Shown here: piece after piece, positions 1 to 8,807 of the stretch
Layout of the letters: every line of letters begins with the position of its first letter
How positions within the stretch are numbered: the first letter of the stretch is position 1
NCBI RefSeq assembly: GCF_000018785.1
Contig: NC_010163.1
Span: 600,001 to 632,000 of the forward strand
DNA from: Acholeplasma laidlawii PG-8A
GTDB taxonomy: Bacteria; Bacillota_I; Bacilli_A; Acholeplasmatales; Acholeplasmataceae
DNA: 32,000 bases
Direction: 5' to 3'
Notes under the pieces: model-generated
The model's input: the letters and a program-made list of their open reading frames with translations, nothing else
Told to the model about the DNA's origin: nothing
Databases searched by the model: none
Position numbers and translations under genes: made by a program

Positions 1-219
1 TAGATTAAATCAAGAGTTCTTTGGATGTAACCATCAATTGCATTTTCTATAGGTAATACTAAGTAGTCAGCACCTAAAAGGGCTTTAAAGGCGCTATCAA
101 TGCTATGCTCATAACTTATATCGACATCTAAATTAAGTTCTTTAATAAACTTTGTTGATGAAAGACTAGAGAAATTTAAGTGTGAACCGAGTGTTATAAG
201 TTTTGCCATAGCTATCATT
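1..219 (-). CDS. pheA: prephenate dehydratase-like protein, N-terminal portion only (rest lies left of the window)
   Basis: Reverse-complement translation from ATG at 217-219 gives MIAMAKLITLGSHLNFSS...SIDSAFKALLGADYLVLPIENAIDGYIQRTLDLI. The LPIENxxxGxxxxTLD pattern is typical of the PDT domain N-terminus. Absent from the ORF track because it is truncated. Confidence 0.5.
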
Positions 220-301
220 TTCCTGTTGTGTAGTCGTGAATTTGTGTTAAATTCTTATATATTATACCACAATTTGCCTAAAAATGCATATTGATGGAAA
301 T

Positions 302-319
302 TATTTCGAATTCGAAATA
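302..319. promoter_or_regulatory. perfect 18-bp palindrome TATTTCGAATTCGAAATA overlapping a TATAAT -10 box (318-323); candidate MarR/MhqR-type operator
   Basis: Palindrome read directly from the sequence, about 25 nt upstream of the first dioxygenase start. A MarR gene sits in the same operon. As I recall, the B. subtilis MhqR box is a 9-9 inverted repeat centred on TCGAATTCGA. Confidence 0.55.
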
Positions 320-348
320 TAATGTAACCATGAAAAGAGGTAATGTAT

Positions 349-1542
349 ATGAAAATACAAGGGATACATCATATTTCAACCATTGTATGGCATGCACAAG
401 AAAATGTTGATTTCTATGCAGGTGTATTAGGATTAAAATTAATTAAGAGAACTTTAAACTTTGATGATCACAATGTGTATCATCTATATTATGGAAATCA
501 CAATGCAGATTTAGGTACAGCAATCACATTCTTTCCATGGCCAAAACACTATAAAGAAGGTATGGTTGGAGATGGACAAGTTGGTGTAACAAGTTACATG
601 GTACCAGCGGGTTCATTAGATTATTGGAAAGAAAGACTTACTAAATTCAATGTATCATTCGAAGCACAAGAAAGATTAGGAAATAAGTTTTTAAGATTTA
701 GCGATCCTCATGGCATTAAAAATGAATTAATTGAATCTGATGAAGGTGACCAAAACTTATTTGAATTTAATGGTGTTACAAAAGATGTAGCAATTAAAGG
801 TTTTTACGGGGCACTTATGTATTCATCTAACTATAAAGGCACTGTAGAACACTTAACTAACGATTTAGGATTAACTTTTGTCAAAGAAGATGATGACTAT
901 ATCAGACTAGATACAGGACGTACGCTTGGTAGATATGTAGATATTTATAAACATAAGACTGGACGTTCTAGTATGGGCGCTGGTTCTGTTCACCATATTG
1001 CTTTTGGTGTTGAAGCATCTGAAATTGAAACTTGGAAAACTAACTTAGAAGCTAAAGGATTTACAATTACTGGTGTTAAGGATAGAAAATTCTTTAAATC
1101 ACTATATTATAGAGAACCAGGTGGTGTAATTATTGAACTTGCAACACTTACTCCAGGATTTGAAATGGATAGTGAATATAAAGAAGCACCAGATCTCTAT
1201 ATGCCACCACATTATATGCACTTAAAAGATGAAGTGGAAGCAAAACTCATGCCACTCTTTATTAGAAACATTGATAGTCTTTATGAGTATCCTTATCAAA
1301 ACAAGGAAGAATATGAACGCTGGAAGGCACATCAAGATTTATTGAATAAAATTAATTATTATGCTAAAGAAGCCAAACTAAGAACATTAACAGATGAAGA
1401 AATTGAAGAACGACAAGAACTTAGACACAAATATGTTAAAAGCATTCGTGGTGCAATTCAAAACAATCTGGAAAATATAAGAGTTGAAGATGAAGATGGA
1501 AACTTCCAAGAACTTAATAGAAAAGAAGGTAATGTACAATGA
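349..1542 (+). CDS. ring-cleaving dioxygenase of the VOC/glyoxalase family (MhqA/MhqE-like) with a C-terminal DUF896/YnzC-like extension
   Basis: ORF 343-1542; the ATG at 349 lies 8 nt after a GAGG RBS. GIHHIST..FYAGVLGLKLIKRTLNFDDHNVYHLYYGN and a second HHIAFGV module match tandem VOC repeats. The tail LTDEEIEERQELRHKYVKSIRGAIQNNLENIRVEDEDGN resembles UPF0291/DUF896. Confidence 0.8.
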   Translation: MKIQGIHHISTIVWHAQENVDFYAGVLGLKLIKRTLNFDDHNVYHLYYGNHNADLGTAITFFPWPKHYKEGMVGDGQVGVTSYMVPAGSLDYWKERLTKFNVSFEAQERLGNKFLRFSDPHGIKNELIESDEGDQNLFEFNGVTKDVAIKGFYGALMYSSNYKGTVEHLTNDLGLTFVKEDDDYIRLDTGRTLGRYVDIYKHKTGRSSMGAGSVHHIAFGVEASEIETWKTNLEAKGFTITGVKDRKFFKSLYYREPGGVIIELATLTPGFEMDSEYKEAPDLYMPPHYMHLKDEVEAKLMPLFIRNIDSLYEYPYQNKEEYERWKAHQDLLNKINYYAKEAKLRTLTDEEIEERQELRHKYVKSIRGAIQNNLENIRVEDEDGNFQELNRKEGNVQ

Positions 1543-2525
1543 CGAATCTATTAGGTATTCACCATATTACTGCAATTACTAGCAGTGCTCCAAAAATCTA
1601 TGATTTTTATACAAATGTATTAGGTTTAAGATTAGTAAAGAAAACTGTGAATCAAGATGATATTAATACCTATCACTTATTCTTTGCAGATGATAAAGGA
1701 AGTCCTGGTACTGACATTACTTTCTTTGATTTTAAAGGTATTCCTCAAGCTAGACATGGTGTGAATGAAATATCAAGAAGTGGCTTTAGAGTTCCTAGTG
1801 ATGAGGCATTAAACTATTGGATCAAACGATTTGATAAGTATGATGTAAAACACACAGGTATTCGTACAGTATTTGGAAGAAAAGCAATTTACTTCAATGA
1901 TTTTGACGGACAACCTTATGCACTATTTTCTGATGAAGGTATTCCAGGTGTTAAGCCTGGTACACCTTGGCTAAAAGGACCAGTACCTAATGAATTTGGT
2001 ATTTATGGATTAGGACCAGTGTATTTTACAGTAAACCGCTTAGAATCTATGAAAAACATTTTAGAAGGCGTATTTAATATCAAAGAAGTGAAAAATGAAG
2101 GTTCTCTACACCTATTTGAAATGGGTGAAGGTGGAAATGGTGCATCAGTTATTGTTGAAGAAAGTCTACTATTACCTCCAGGTACTCAAGGTTATGGTGG
2201 TGTACACCACGTAGCATTTAGAGTAGATACGAGACAATCACTAGATGCATGGGCAAATCATTTAACTAAATTAGGTGCACCACACTCTGGTTATGTTGAT
2301 CGTTACTACTTTGAATCTGTATATACAAGATTGTATCCAGGTATCTTATTTGAACTAGCAACCGATGAACCGGGTTTTATTGACCATGAAGAAACTTATG
2401 ACATATTAGGTGAAAAGCTCGCTTTACCACCAGCATTTATTAATAAAAGAGCCTATGTTGAAAGTGTTGTTAAACATTTTGATACTGTACGTAGCACCAA
2501 AGCATTTGAAAAAGAATATTTATAG
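1539..2525 (+). CDS. ring-cleaving dioxygenase, VOC family (MhqO-like paralogue)
   Basis: ATGA overlap with the upstream gene. LGIHHITAI..FYTNVLGLRLVKKTVNQDDINTYHLFFADDKGSPGTDITFF and GVHHVAFRV are present; normal ~328 aa length. Confidence 0.8.
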   Translation: MTNLLGIHHITAITSSAPKIYDFYTNVLGLRLVKKTVNQDDINTYHLFFADDKGSPGTDITFFDFKGIPQARHGVNEISRSGFRVPSDEALNYWIKRFDKYDVKHTGIRTVFGRKAIYFNDFDGQPYALFSDEGIPGVKPGTPWLKGPVPNEFGIYGLGPVYFTVNRLESMKNILEGVFNIKEVKNEGSLHLFEMGEGGNGASVIVEESLLLPPGTQGYGGVHHVAFRVDTRQSLDAWANHLTKLGAPHSGYVDRYYFESVYTRLYPGILFELATDEPGFIDHEETYDILGEKLALPPAFINKRAYVESVVKHFDTVRSTKAFEKEYL

Positions 2526-2534
2526 GAGAAAACT

Positions 2535-2981
2535 ATGCTAGAAACTGATAATTTAAAGACGATGCGCATTTTATTTAGAGCAGTTCAGTCGGTTGAACAT
2601 ATTGTAAAAAAAGATGTTAAAAACTATAACTTAACTGTAAATGAATTTGCAGCATTAGAAGCACTCTATCAAAAGGGTAGAGTCTCTGTAAACACCATGT
2701 GTCAAATGGTTTTAATACCAAACTCCTCAATGACTTATGTGTTAGATAAACTAGAAGAAAAAAGTTATATTACACGTACTCAAGACCCAGATGATAAAAG
2801 AACCTTTTATGTAGAACTTAGCACAGAGGGTAAAAAGTATGCTGATGAGATCTTACCTAAACACTATAAGGTTATGAATCAAGTATTTTCTATTCTTACT
2901 AAAGAAGAACAGGAGTTACTTAATCAAACTTTAAAGAAATTAGGTTATCACGCCATAGATATGGAGGAATTAATTAAATGA
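2535..2981 (+). CDS. MarR-family transcriptional regulator (MhqR-like)
   Basis: 148 aa. Winged-helix stretch NEFAALEALYQKGRVSVNTMCQMVLIPNSSMTYVLDKLEEKSYITRTQDPDDKRTFYVELS, embedded in the dioxygenase/esterase operon. Confidence 0.8.
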   Translation: MLETDNLKTMRILFRAVQSVEHIVKKDVKNYNLTVNEFAALEALYQKGRVSVNTMCQMVLIPNSSMTYVLDKLEEKSYITRTQDPDDKRTFYVELSTEGKKYADEILPKHYKVMNQVFSILTKEEQELLNQTLKKLGYHAIDMEELIK

Positions 2982-3571
2982 AACATATCTTTTTAGATAA
3001 AAAAAGTGAATATACATTTTTAGCACTACATGGTACAGGTGGTGATGAAAACGATCTAGTGCCACTAGTAAATTACTTAAACCCTACTTTTAACATATTA
3101 TCACCACGTGGTAATGTGAGTGAACAAGGTATGAACAGATTCTTTAAAAGATATGGTATGGGTAACTATGATATCGAAAACTTAGAAGTTGAGACAAATA
3201 ATCTCAATGAGTTTATTAGTCTAAGCATAACAAATTATGGACTTGATCAAAGTAAGATGGTAGGTTTAGGATTTTCTAATGGTGCAAATATTTTAGAATC
3301 ACTTCTGCAACTTAATGGACCAATTTTAAAGAAAGTTGTACTACTAAGTCCAGTATTTTTACAACCTGATAAACCGTTTAAAGATTTAACTGGTGTAGAT
3401 ATCTATATTGCAACATCAGATAATGATCCTTATGTTAAAAATAAGGAAAACGATAAGCTCGTTGATGCATTAAAAGCTACACATGCAAATGTATATGTAA
3501 ATAAGCATCACGGTGGTCACCAAATTAATCAAGCAATTCTAGAAGATTTAAAAAAATGGTTGACGAAATAA
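2978..3571 (+). CDS. phospholipase/carboxylesterase-family alpha/beta hydrolase (MhqD/YodD-like)
   Basis: 197 aa. LHGTGGDENDL, RFFKR, GFSNGAN nucleophile elbow, SDNDPYV and GGHQI motifs. Start overlaps the marR stop. Confidence 0.75.
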   Translation: MKHIFLDKKSEYTFLALHGTGGDENDLVPLVNYLNPTFNILSPRGNVSEQGMNRFFKRYGMGNYDIENLEVETNNLNEFISLSITNYGLDQSKMVGLGFSNGANILESLLQLNGPILKKVVLLSPVFLQPDKPFKDLTGVDIYIATSDNDPYVKNKENDKLVDALKATHANVYVNKHHGGHQINQAILEDLKKWLTK

Positions 3572-3577
3572 ACGTTT

Positions 3578-3601
3578 AAAGAGCCAAAAAGGCTCTTTTT
3601 C
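3578..3601 (+). terminator. rho-independent terminator of the mhq-like operon
   Basis: AAAGAGCC-AAAAA-GGCTCTTT stem-loop followed by a T run, immediately after the stop at 3571. Confidence 0.75.
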
Positions 3602-3639
3602 GTTTATAATAGTAATAGATTAAAAAAGGAAGTATTTAA

Positions 3640-4089
3640 ATGATTATTTACATGCCCAATAAGAGTTTGTGGAAATTTATAGGTATTTTAACACCGTTTA
3701 ATTTACTATCTATTGTACTAGTAGTATTAAGTGTCATGTATGATAATGATCCCCTACTTACTATCACAACAATATTCATTTTACTCATTATTTTAGTATT
3801 TAGCTTAGGTAGTAGAATTATTAGAAAAGATAATGTGATTCTAACCAAAGAGGGTATCTCATTTGGTTTAAAGGATAAAGATACAAGTTATCTTAAAATG
3901 CTATTTCTACAATTTGAAAAGGATAGTACACGCTTTGTTGATATCATTAAATATAGTTATGATGACAAATCAAAGTTACTTACATTACACACTAAACAAG
4001 GTATTAAACATATCGAATTAAAACATTTTACATCTAAAGTAGTACAAAAGATTACTACATATGTAGATGAAAGGATAAATCATGGTTAA
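3640..4089 (+). CDS. small membrane protein, two N-terminal TM helices (possibly bacterial PH/DUF304-like)
   Basis: AAGGAAG RBS 7 nt upstream. Hydrophobic segments FIGILTPFNLLSIVLVVLSVM and LLTITTIFILLIILVFSLG. No catalytic motif recognised. Confidence 0.5.
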   Translation: MIIYMPNKSLWKFIGILTPFNLLSIVLVVLSVMYDNDPLLTITTIFILLIILVFSLGSRIIRKDNVILTKEGISFGLKDKDTSYLKMLFLQFEKDSTRFVDIIKYSYDDKSKLLTLHTKQGIKHIELKHFTSKVVQKITTYVDERINHG

Positions 4090-4498
4090 AGAAGTATCTG
4101 CAGGTGCAGTCGTATATACAAAAGTAGACGATCAATATCTATTTTTAATGATTCAAAATAAAAATGGAAATCATTTTTCATTTCCTAAGGGTCATGTAGA
4201 AAAAAATGAATCCATTATGGATACAGCAAAAAGAGAAGTGAGTGAAGAAACTGGTATTCTTTATGAGATTGCTTCAAATAAAATGGAAACTATTACATAC
4301 TTAATGCCAACTGGTATTTATAAAGATGTATATTACTTTTTAGGTCAAGCATTAAACCATAAAATCACCCAACAAGAATCCGAGGTTTTACATGCTGGTT
4401 GGTACAACTATGATCAAGTATTAAAATACTTAACATATGATAATGATAAAATCGCCTTTATTAAACTGACCAAAGAATTAAATAAGGATATAAAATGA
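4082..4498 (+). CDS. Nudix hydrolase
   Basis: Nudix box GHVEKNESIMDTAKREVSEETGI (GX5EX7REUXEEXGU). 138 aa; overlaps both neighbouring genes, operon-style. Confidence 0.85.
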   Translation: MVKEVSAGAVVYTKVDDQYLFLMIQNKNGNHFSFPKGHVEKNESIMDTAKREVSEETGILYEIASNKMETITYLMPTGIYKDVYYFLGQALNHKITQQESEVLHAGWYNYDQVLKYLTYDNDKIAFIKLTKELNKDIK

Positions 4499-5637
4499 GT
4501 AAAGATTATAATGATGATATAGCATTTGATACATTAGATACGACAGCTTTTGAACAAATGCCTTATAAAGAACAACTGCAAGTAAAAGAAAAATACATAA
4601 AATCTCTTTTTAATAGAGAATTTTTACCAATAGTACCTAATCCTGTACCTAGAGGTTATAGACATAAAGCGGTGTTATCTGCAACCAATGTCAATGTGAA
4701 TAATAACCAACAAATACGTTTAGGTTTATTTATTGAAGGCACTACAAAAATTAAACCTAAACTAGGTCATTTTTTACATGATAAAGAAATAGATTTAGTA
4801 TTTGAAACAGTTGAAAAACTTCTTATTAAATATAAACATAAAGCCTATGCTAAAAATTACCGACAAGGAATTATTAAGCATGTTATGATTAGAAAATCAT
4901 TTAAAACAGGTGATTTAATGGTTATCTTTTCTACCCAATTAAATAATTTTCCAAATCATAAAAAGATTGTAAATGAGCTGATTGCACTACACCCAAATGT
5001 AAAAACTGTGATTCAAAATATCCATAAAAAAGACTCTAAGTTTGTCTTACTAGAAGAACAACGTATTTTATATGGTAAAGGCTTTATCATCGATAGTATC
5101 GGTGATATAGATTTTAAGATATCTGCTAATGCATTCTATCAAATTAATCCGATGCAAATGTTCAATTTATATGATAAGGTTTTTGAGTTTGCAGGCATTG
5201 AAAAAACAGATGTAGTCATAGATGCCTATTCTGGAATTGGTACGATCACACTACTAGCATCTAAATATGCTAAAAAAGTATATGGTTTAGAAATTAACCC
5301 CGCATCTCATAAAGATGCTATTGATAACAAACGTATGAATCAAATTACTAACGCAGAATTTATTTTAGGTGATGTGGAACACACACTTGAAAACTTTACT
5401 GACAAGGTAGATACATTAATTATGGACCCAGCAAGAGATGGTGCAAGTCTTAAATTTATCCAAACAGTATTAAAACTAAAACCTAAAAAAATAGTGTATG
5501 TATCATGTAATCCGGATACTCAAGAAAGAGATTATAAGCAATTAAGAAACTTTTATAATCTAACCAAAATATTACCATTTGATATGTTTAGTTACACACC
5601 ACACGTTGAAAACATCGTATTGCTCGAATTAAAATAG
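4495..5637 (+). CDS. SAM-dependent RNA (uracil-5)-methyltransferase, TrmA/RumA (RlmCD) family
   Basis: FYQINP, DAYSGIGT (SAM motif I), MDPARDG and VYVSCNP (catalytic Cys) motifs. The last codons coincide with the 23-nt direct repeat. Confidence 0.85.
   Translation: MSKDYNDDIAFDTLDTTAFEQMPYKEQLQVKEKYIKSLFNREFLPIVPNPVPRGYRHKAVLSATNVNVNNNQQIRLGLFIEGTTKIKPKLGHFLHDKEIDLVFETVEKLLIKYKHKAYAKNYRQGIIKHVMIRKSFKTGDLMVIFSTQLNNFPNHKKIVNELIALHPNVKTVIQNIHKKDSKFVLLEEQRILYGKGFIIDSIGDIDFKISANAFYQINPMQMFNLYDKVFEFAGIEKTDVVIDAYSGIGTITLLASKYAKKVYGLEINPASHKDAIDNKRMNQITNAEFILGDVEHTLENFTDKVDTLIMDPARDGASLKFIQTVLKLKPKKIVYVSCNPDTQERDYKQLRNFYNLTKILPFDMFSYTPHVENIVLLELK
5602..5624 (+). repeat. left copy of exact 23-nt direct repeat CACGTTGAAAACATCGTATTGCT (candidate att core, attL)
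   Basis: Identical 23-mer at 14420-14442. This copy encodes HVENIVLL at the end of the methyltransferase gene. Confidence 0.85.
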
Positions 5638-5667
5638 CCTTATAAAGCCATCAAGTAGACAATCAAG

Positions 5668-5700
5668 AAGCCGTATTCCAGCGAATACGGCTCATTTTTT
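5668..5700 (+). terminator. rho-independent terminator after the methyltransferase gene (island-supplied)
   Basis: GCCGTATTC-CAGC-GAATACGGC stem followed by TCATTTTTT. Confidence 0.75.
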
Positions 5701-5728
5701 GAAATTTATACGAAAACATATCAAAAAT

Positions 5729-5745
5729 ATGTTACTTCAATACAC
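5729..5745 (+). repeat. left copy of 17-nt direct repeat ATGTTACTTCAATACAC (possible arm-type recombinase site)
   Basis: Exact second copy at 14365-14381 in the same orientation. Copies lie 104 nt inside the left core and 38 nt inside the right core. Confidence 0.5.
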
Positions 5746-5844
5746 CACTCAAAATGGCACCTAGTACATGTAAACATAGAAAATTGAACTGATACCAAAA
5801 AGTTGTACTTTGTGTATAATACAAGTATATGCAAGAGGTATCAA

Positions 5845-6162
5845 ATGAAGGATAAAAAGAGAAAGAATAGATTATGGAGTGGAGCATTCAAGTTAAAAGT
5901 CGTCATAGATATCATTGAAAATGAACTCTCATACAGTCAAGCAGCACGTAAATATGATATGTATTTAACATCAGGGAGTCTAAATGATACACTACCTGCT
6001 AGATGGGTATATCAGTATAGACTCTTTGGGAAAGAGCGTTTCTTTCAAACACCTAAAGATTACCGTAAGAATCCAGTTAGAAATTTCCATACACCATCCA
6101 AAGAGGTAGAACAAATTTTAGAACTTAAAGTGAAACACTTAGAAATGGAACTTGAATACTAG
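5845..6162 (+). CDS. IS3-family transposase OrfA (HTH)
   Basis: ATG at 5845 lies 7 nt after AAGAGG. MKDKKRKNRLWSGAFKLKVVIDIIENELSYSQAARKYD, with a leucine-zipper-like end LELKVKHLEMELEY. Confidence 0.7.
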   Translation: MKDKKRKNRLWSGAFKLKVVIDIIENELSYSQAARKYDMYLTSGSLNDTLPARWVYQYRLFGKERFFQTPKDYRKNPVRNFHTPSKEVEQILELKVKHLEMELEY

Positions 6163-6208
6163 AAAATTACTTATTGCCAAAGTTTAAGAAACAGGAACAA
6201 ACAAGCAA

Positions 6209-7058
6209 AAATACCAAGTAGTCAAGGAACTAAGGCGAAAGTATGCATTGAAAGATCTATCTTCTAATATCAGGACTTCCCAAATCTGTTTATTACTACT
6301 ATGAACATCATAAGAAGACAGATAAATATCACGATATAAAGATACTGATATCAAAAATATTTGAAGCGAGTAATCGCACATATGGCTATAGGCGTATTAA
6401 ACTCGCCCTTCAAAACTTCTATCAAGTCAAAATAGCGTATAAGACAGTTGTAAAGCTCATGAAAGAGCTACATATCGTTTGTAAGGTAAGAAAAAAGAGA
6501 TATCGTTATATCTCTCAAATATCAAACAAAATTACACCCAATCTACTTAAAAGAGACTTTAAAAAAGATGAACCTAATATTGCATGAGTCACAGATGTAT
6601 CAGAGTTTAGATTCAATCGTAAACGTTTATATCTATCTGTGATACAAGATCTTTACAATCGTGAAGTTAAAGCCTATCAAATCTCTAGAAGTCAAAACCA
6701 GGATTTGATTCTTAAAATTCTTAAGAAAGCAATCAACCCAAATGAGGATTTATCGAAGCTACTCATACACTCTGATCAAGGTATTTTATATCAATCCCTA
6801 AAATATCGTAACTACCTAAAAAAATCATCATTTGTGCAATCCATGAGTGCTAAAGGTAACGCCTATTAAATGTCAGTGTTTGAAAGCTTCTTCGGGACAC
6901 TTAAGTGTGAAACAATCTATTTACAGAAAGTTAAATCACTATCAGATTTGATTAAGACCATTGATGAGTATATTTATTGGTATAATCACCATCGTATTAA
7001 ATTGACACTTGGAGGCTATTGCCCAATACAATTTAGACTCATGAATCAACAAATATGA
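6209..7058 (+). pseudogene. IS3-family transposase OrfB (rve/DDE), inactivated
   Basis: KYQVVKELRRKYALKD is in one frame. The body GLPKSVYYYYEH...YGYRRIKLAL...PNIA*VTDVSEF...HSDQG...GNAY*MSVFESFFGTLK is in another. In-frame TGA at 6585-6587 and TAA at 6867-6869. Confidence 0.85.
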
Positions 7059-7122
7059 TACAATAACTACAAAGAACATAAAGTACAAGAAAATGGTACC
7101 AGTTCAAGATTGGATGGCATAA

Positions 7123-7377
7123 GCACTACCAGAAGAAATAGTATTAACAGCACTCCATGAGACAAGGCATGCATATCAAAAAGCAAATATTGACTTCCCA
7201 CAGTTTTTTGTGGGAAAAGAGACAGAAGAAACAGTTAATCAATGGAAGAAAGATTTTGAAAACTATAATAGACCATATGAAAATAATCTAGACGATTATG
7301 CGTCTCAATCTATAGAGAAAGATGCTACTGATTTTGCATGGAAGTTCATATTAAATTATAGAAATGCAGATAAATAG
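7123..7377 (+). pseudogene. 3' remnant of an HExxH (zinc metallopeptidase-like) gene with no start codon
   Basis: Open frame ALPEEIVLTALHETRHAYQKANIDFPQFFVG...DATDFAWKFILNYRNADK* begins right after a TAA, 14 nt from the IS end. No ATG or RBS. HETRH fits HExxH. Confidence 0.3.
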
Positions 7378-7407
7378 ATTTCTTAATACGTTTTTATGGG
7401 GGATAAT

Positions 7408-8748
7408 ATGTCTTTTAAAGATTGGAAAAAATTGAGTAACTTAATATTTGAAGGGAAAATAAATAAGCATAATTTTACGAGTTTTTTTAAGTATGATGTA
7501 ATTATGAAAGATATTGCCTTAAACATAAAGAAATATGGTTATTATACTTACGACGGAAGATTTGAAGATTGTGTAATCGATTTTCTATGCAAAAAGTATG
7601 TGTCACTTTCAACTGATTTTGATATAGATCTTATGGCAAAAGAGATTTCATTTCAACTAAGAAAACTAATAGTCCCAAATATAATCATTATTCCTTTAAA
7701 TCATTTGAATAGACTATATCTTCCCAATGAGTTAATTTTAGATGAAAATATTTCTATTTTTTCTATGAATGAAAAAGAATCAAAAATACGTAGAGATAAA
7801 TCACTTTTGTCAGAATACGTTGAAAAAAAGATTTTTTGTAAATTTGGTGCTGATCACATAGTCGTCACAAAAGATCCATATTTCTTTAACTATCCTATCA
7901 TGGCTATAAAAATAGAACACATTGATTATATAGTCGAACATGAAGCACCAAAAATTGTTGAATCAGTTTACAGTATCATGAGAATGTTGGACATAGACAA
8001 AGTAAGAGAGTCAACAGACCGTGGCTGGGGTGTAAGACATAGAGATCGTTTGCCAGAAGCTCATACATATACGGTTTACTATAAAGAAGCTGGTTCTGAT
8101 TTCAAAAATCTTAACGAAGGTGAATTAGGATACTCCTTTAGATTTAAATTTTCTCCAATATTAGATATTAATACTCAGTTATTGGTTGAAAACCAAAAAA
8201 AATACACGGAACTGCTGAACTTAGTAATTAATAATTCATTCATTGTAGAAGCAGACCATGATAAAAATGACTTCATAATTAGAAAAAAATGGGTGAATGC
8301 TATAAACATATTTAATACTGCTTATGAGTTTACCTCGATTGGTAAATTTGATTCGGCATTAATGCTGCTATTCTCTATTCTAGAATCACTATTCTTTAAA
8401 CTTGGTGAATATAATAAAAAGGATACTTTGATAGAACGCCTATTATTGTTTTTTAATGGAAAGAAATTAGACGTGGATATTAAAGAGTTAATGAAAGATG
8501 TTATTAAATATCGTAACGAATTTGTTCATCAAGCAATTGGATTAGAGCGATTTAAAACATATAGAAGCCTTAATGACAGAGAGGGCCATATTCAAGGACA
8601 GAAGCCATTTATACACGATGCTTGGTATCCAATGCCTGAAAAAGAGTTTAGGGACTTTAATTTGTTCATGAGACTGGTAATCAATATTTTAATTGATGAT
8701 CCAGAAATATTATATAATTTCTACATTAGTAATATTGATATATCGTAG
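7408..8748 (+). CDS. hypothetical 446-aa protein with a C-terminal HEPN-like (R-x4-H) domain; candidate abortive-infection RNase (ApeA/Abi-like layout)
   Basis: GGGGGA RBS 5 nt before ATG 7408. The C-terminal helical region contains FDSALMLLFSILESLFFKLGE and IKYRNEFVHQ (R-x4-H at 8512-8529). The N-terminal ~300 aa has no motif I recognise. Confidence 0.55.
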   Translation: MSFKDWKKLSNLIFEGKINKHNFTSFFKYDVIMKDIALNIKKYGYYTYDGRFEDCVIDFLCKKYVSLSTDFDIDLMAKEISFQLRKLIVPNIIIIPLNHLNRLYLPNELILDENISIFSMNEKESKIRRDKSLLSEYVEKKIFCKFGADHIVVTKDPYFFNYPIMAIKIEHIDYIVEHEAPKIVESVYSIMRMLDIDKVRESTDRGWGVRHRDRLPEAHTYTVYYKEAGSDFKNLNEGELGYSFRFKFSPILDINTQLLVENQKKYTELLNLVINNSFIVEADHDKNDFIIRKKWVNAINIFNTAYEFTSIGKFDSALMLLFSILESLFFKLGEYNKKDTLIERLLLFFNGKKLDVDIKELMKDVIKYRNEFVHQAIGLERFKTYRSLNDREGHIQGQKPFIHDAWYPMPEKEFRDFNLFMRLVINILIDDPEILYNFYISNIDIS

Positions 8749-8807
8749 TCAAGATATAGGTTTAACAAGCAATTAAGAATATGGATTTCTATTTTAAGGG
8801 GGAAGTT

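Larger units (their letters stand above)
5785..7106 (+). mobile_element. IS3-family (IS150-like) insertion sequence, decayed
   Basis: Terminal inverted repeats TGAACTGATACCA...TTGTACTTTGTGT (5785-) and the reverse complement of ...ACATAAAGTACAA..TGGTACCAGTTCA (-7106), about 24/31 by hand. OrfA HTH plus OrfB DDE (TDVSEF / HSDQG / ESFFGTLK). Flanking triplets differ (AAT vs AGA), so no target-site duplication. Confidence 0.85.

Noticed and set aside
3648-3848. 66-aa ORF antisense to the membrane-protein gene
   Set aside because: It lies entirely inside a better-supported + strand gene, has no RBS and a low-complexity hydrophobic translation. This is typical of antisense frames in AT-rich DNA.
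6585-6587. Possibility that the host reads TGA as Trp (genetic code 4)
   Set aside because: Many well-supported genes here terminate at TGA at the expected protein length, e.g. 1540-1542, 2979-2981 and 24157-24159, several as ATGA overlaps with the next start. The host therefore uses TGA as a stop. Only the decayed IS shows TGA at a Trp position.
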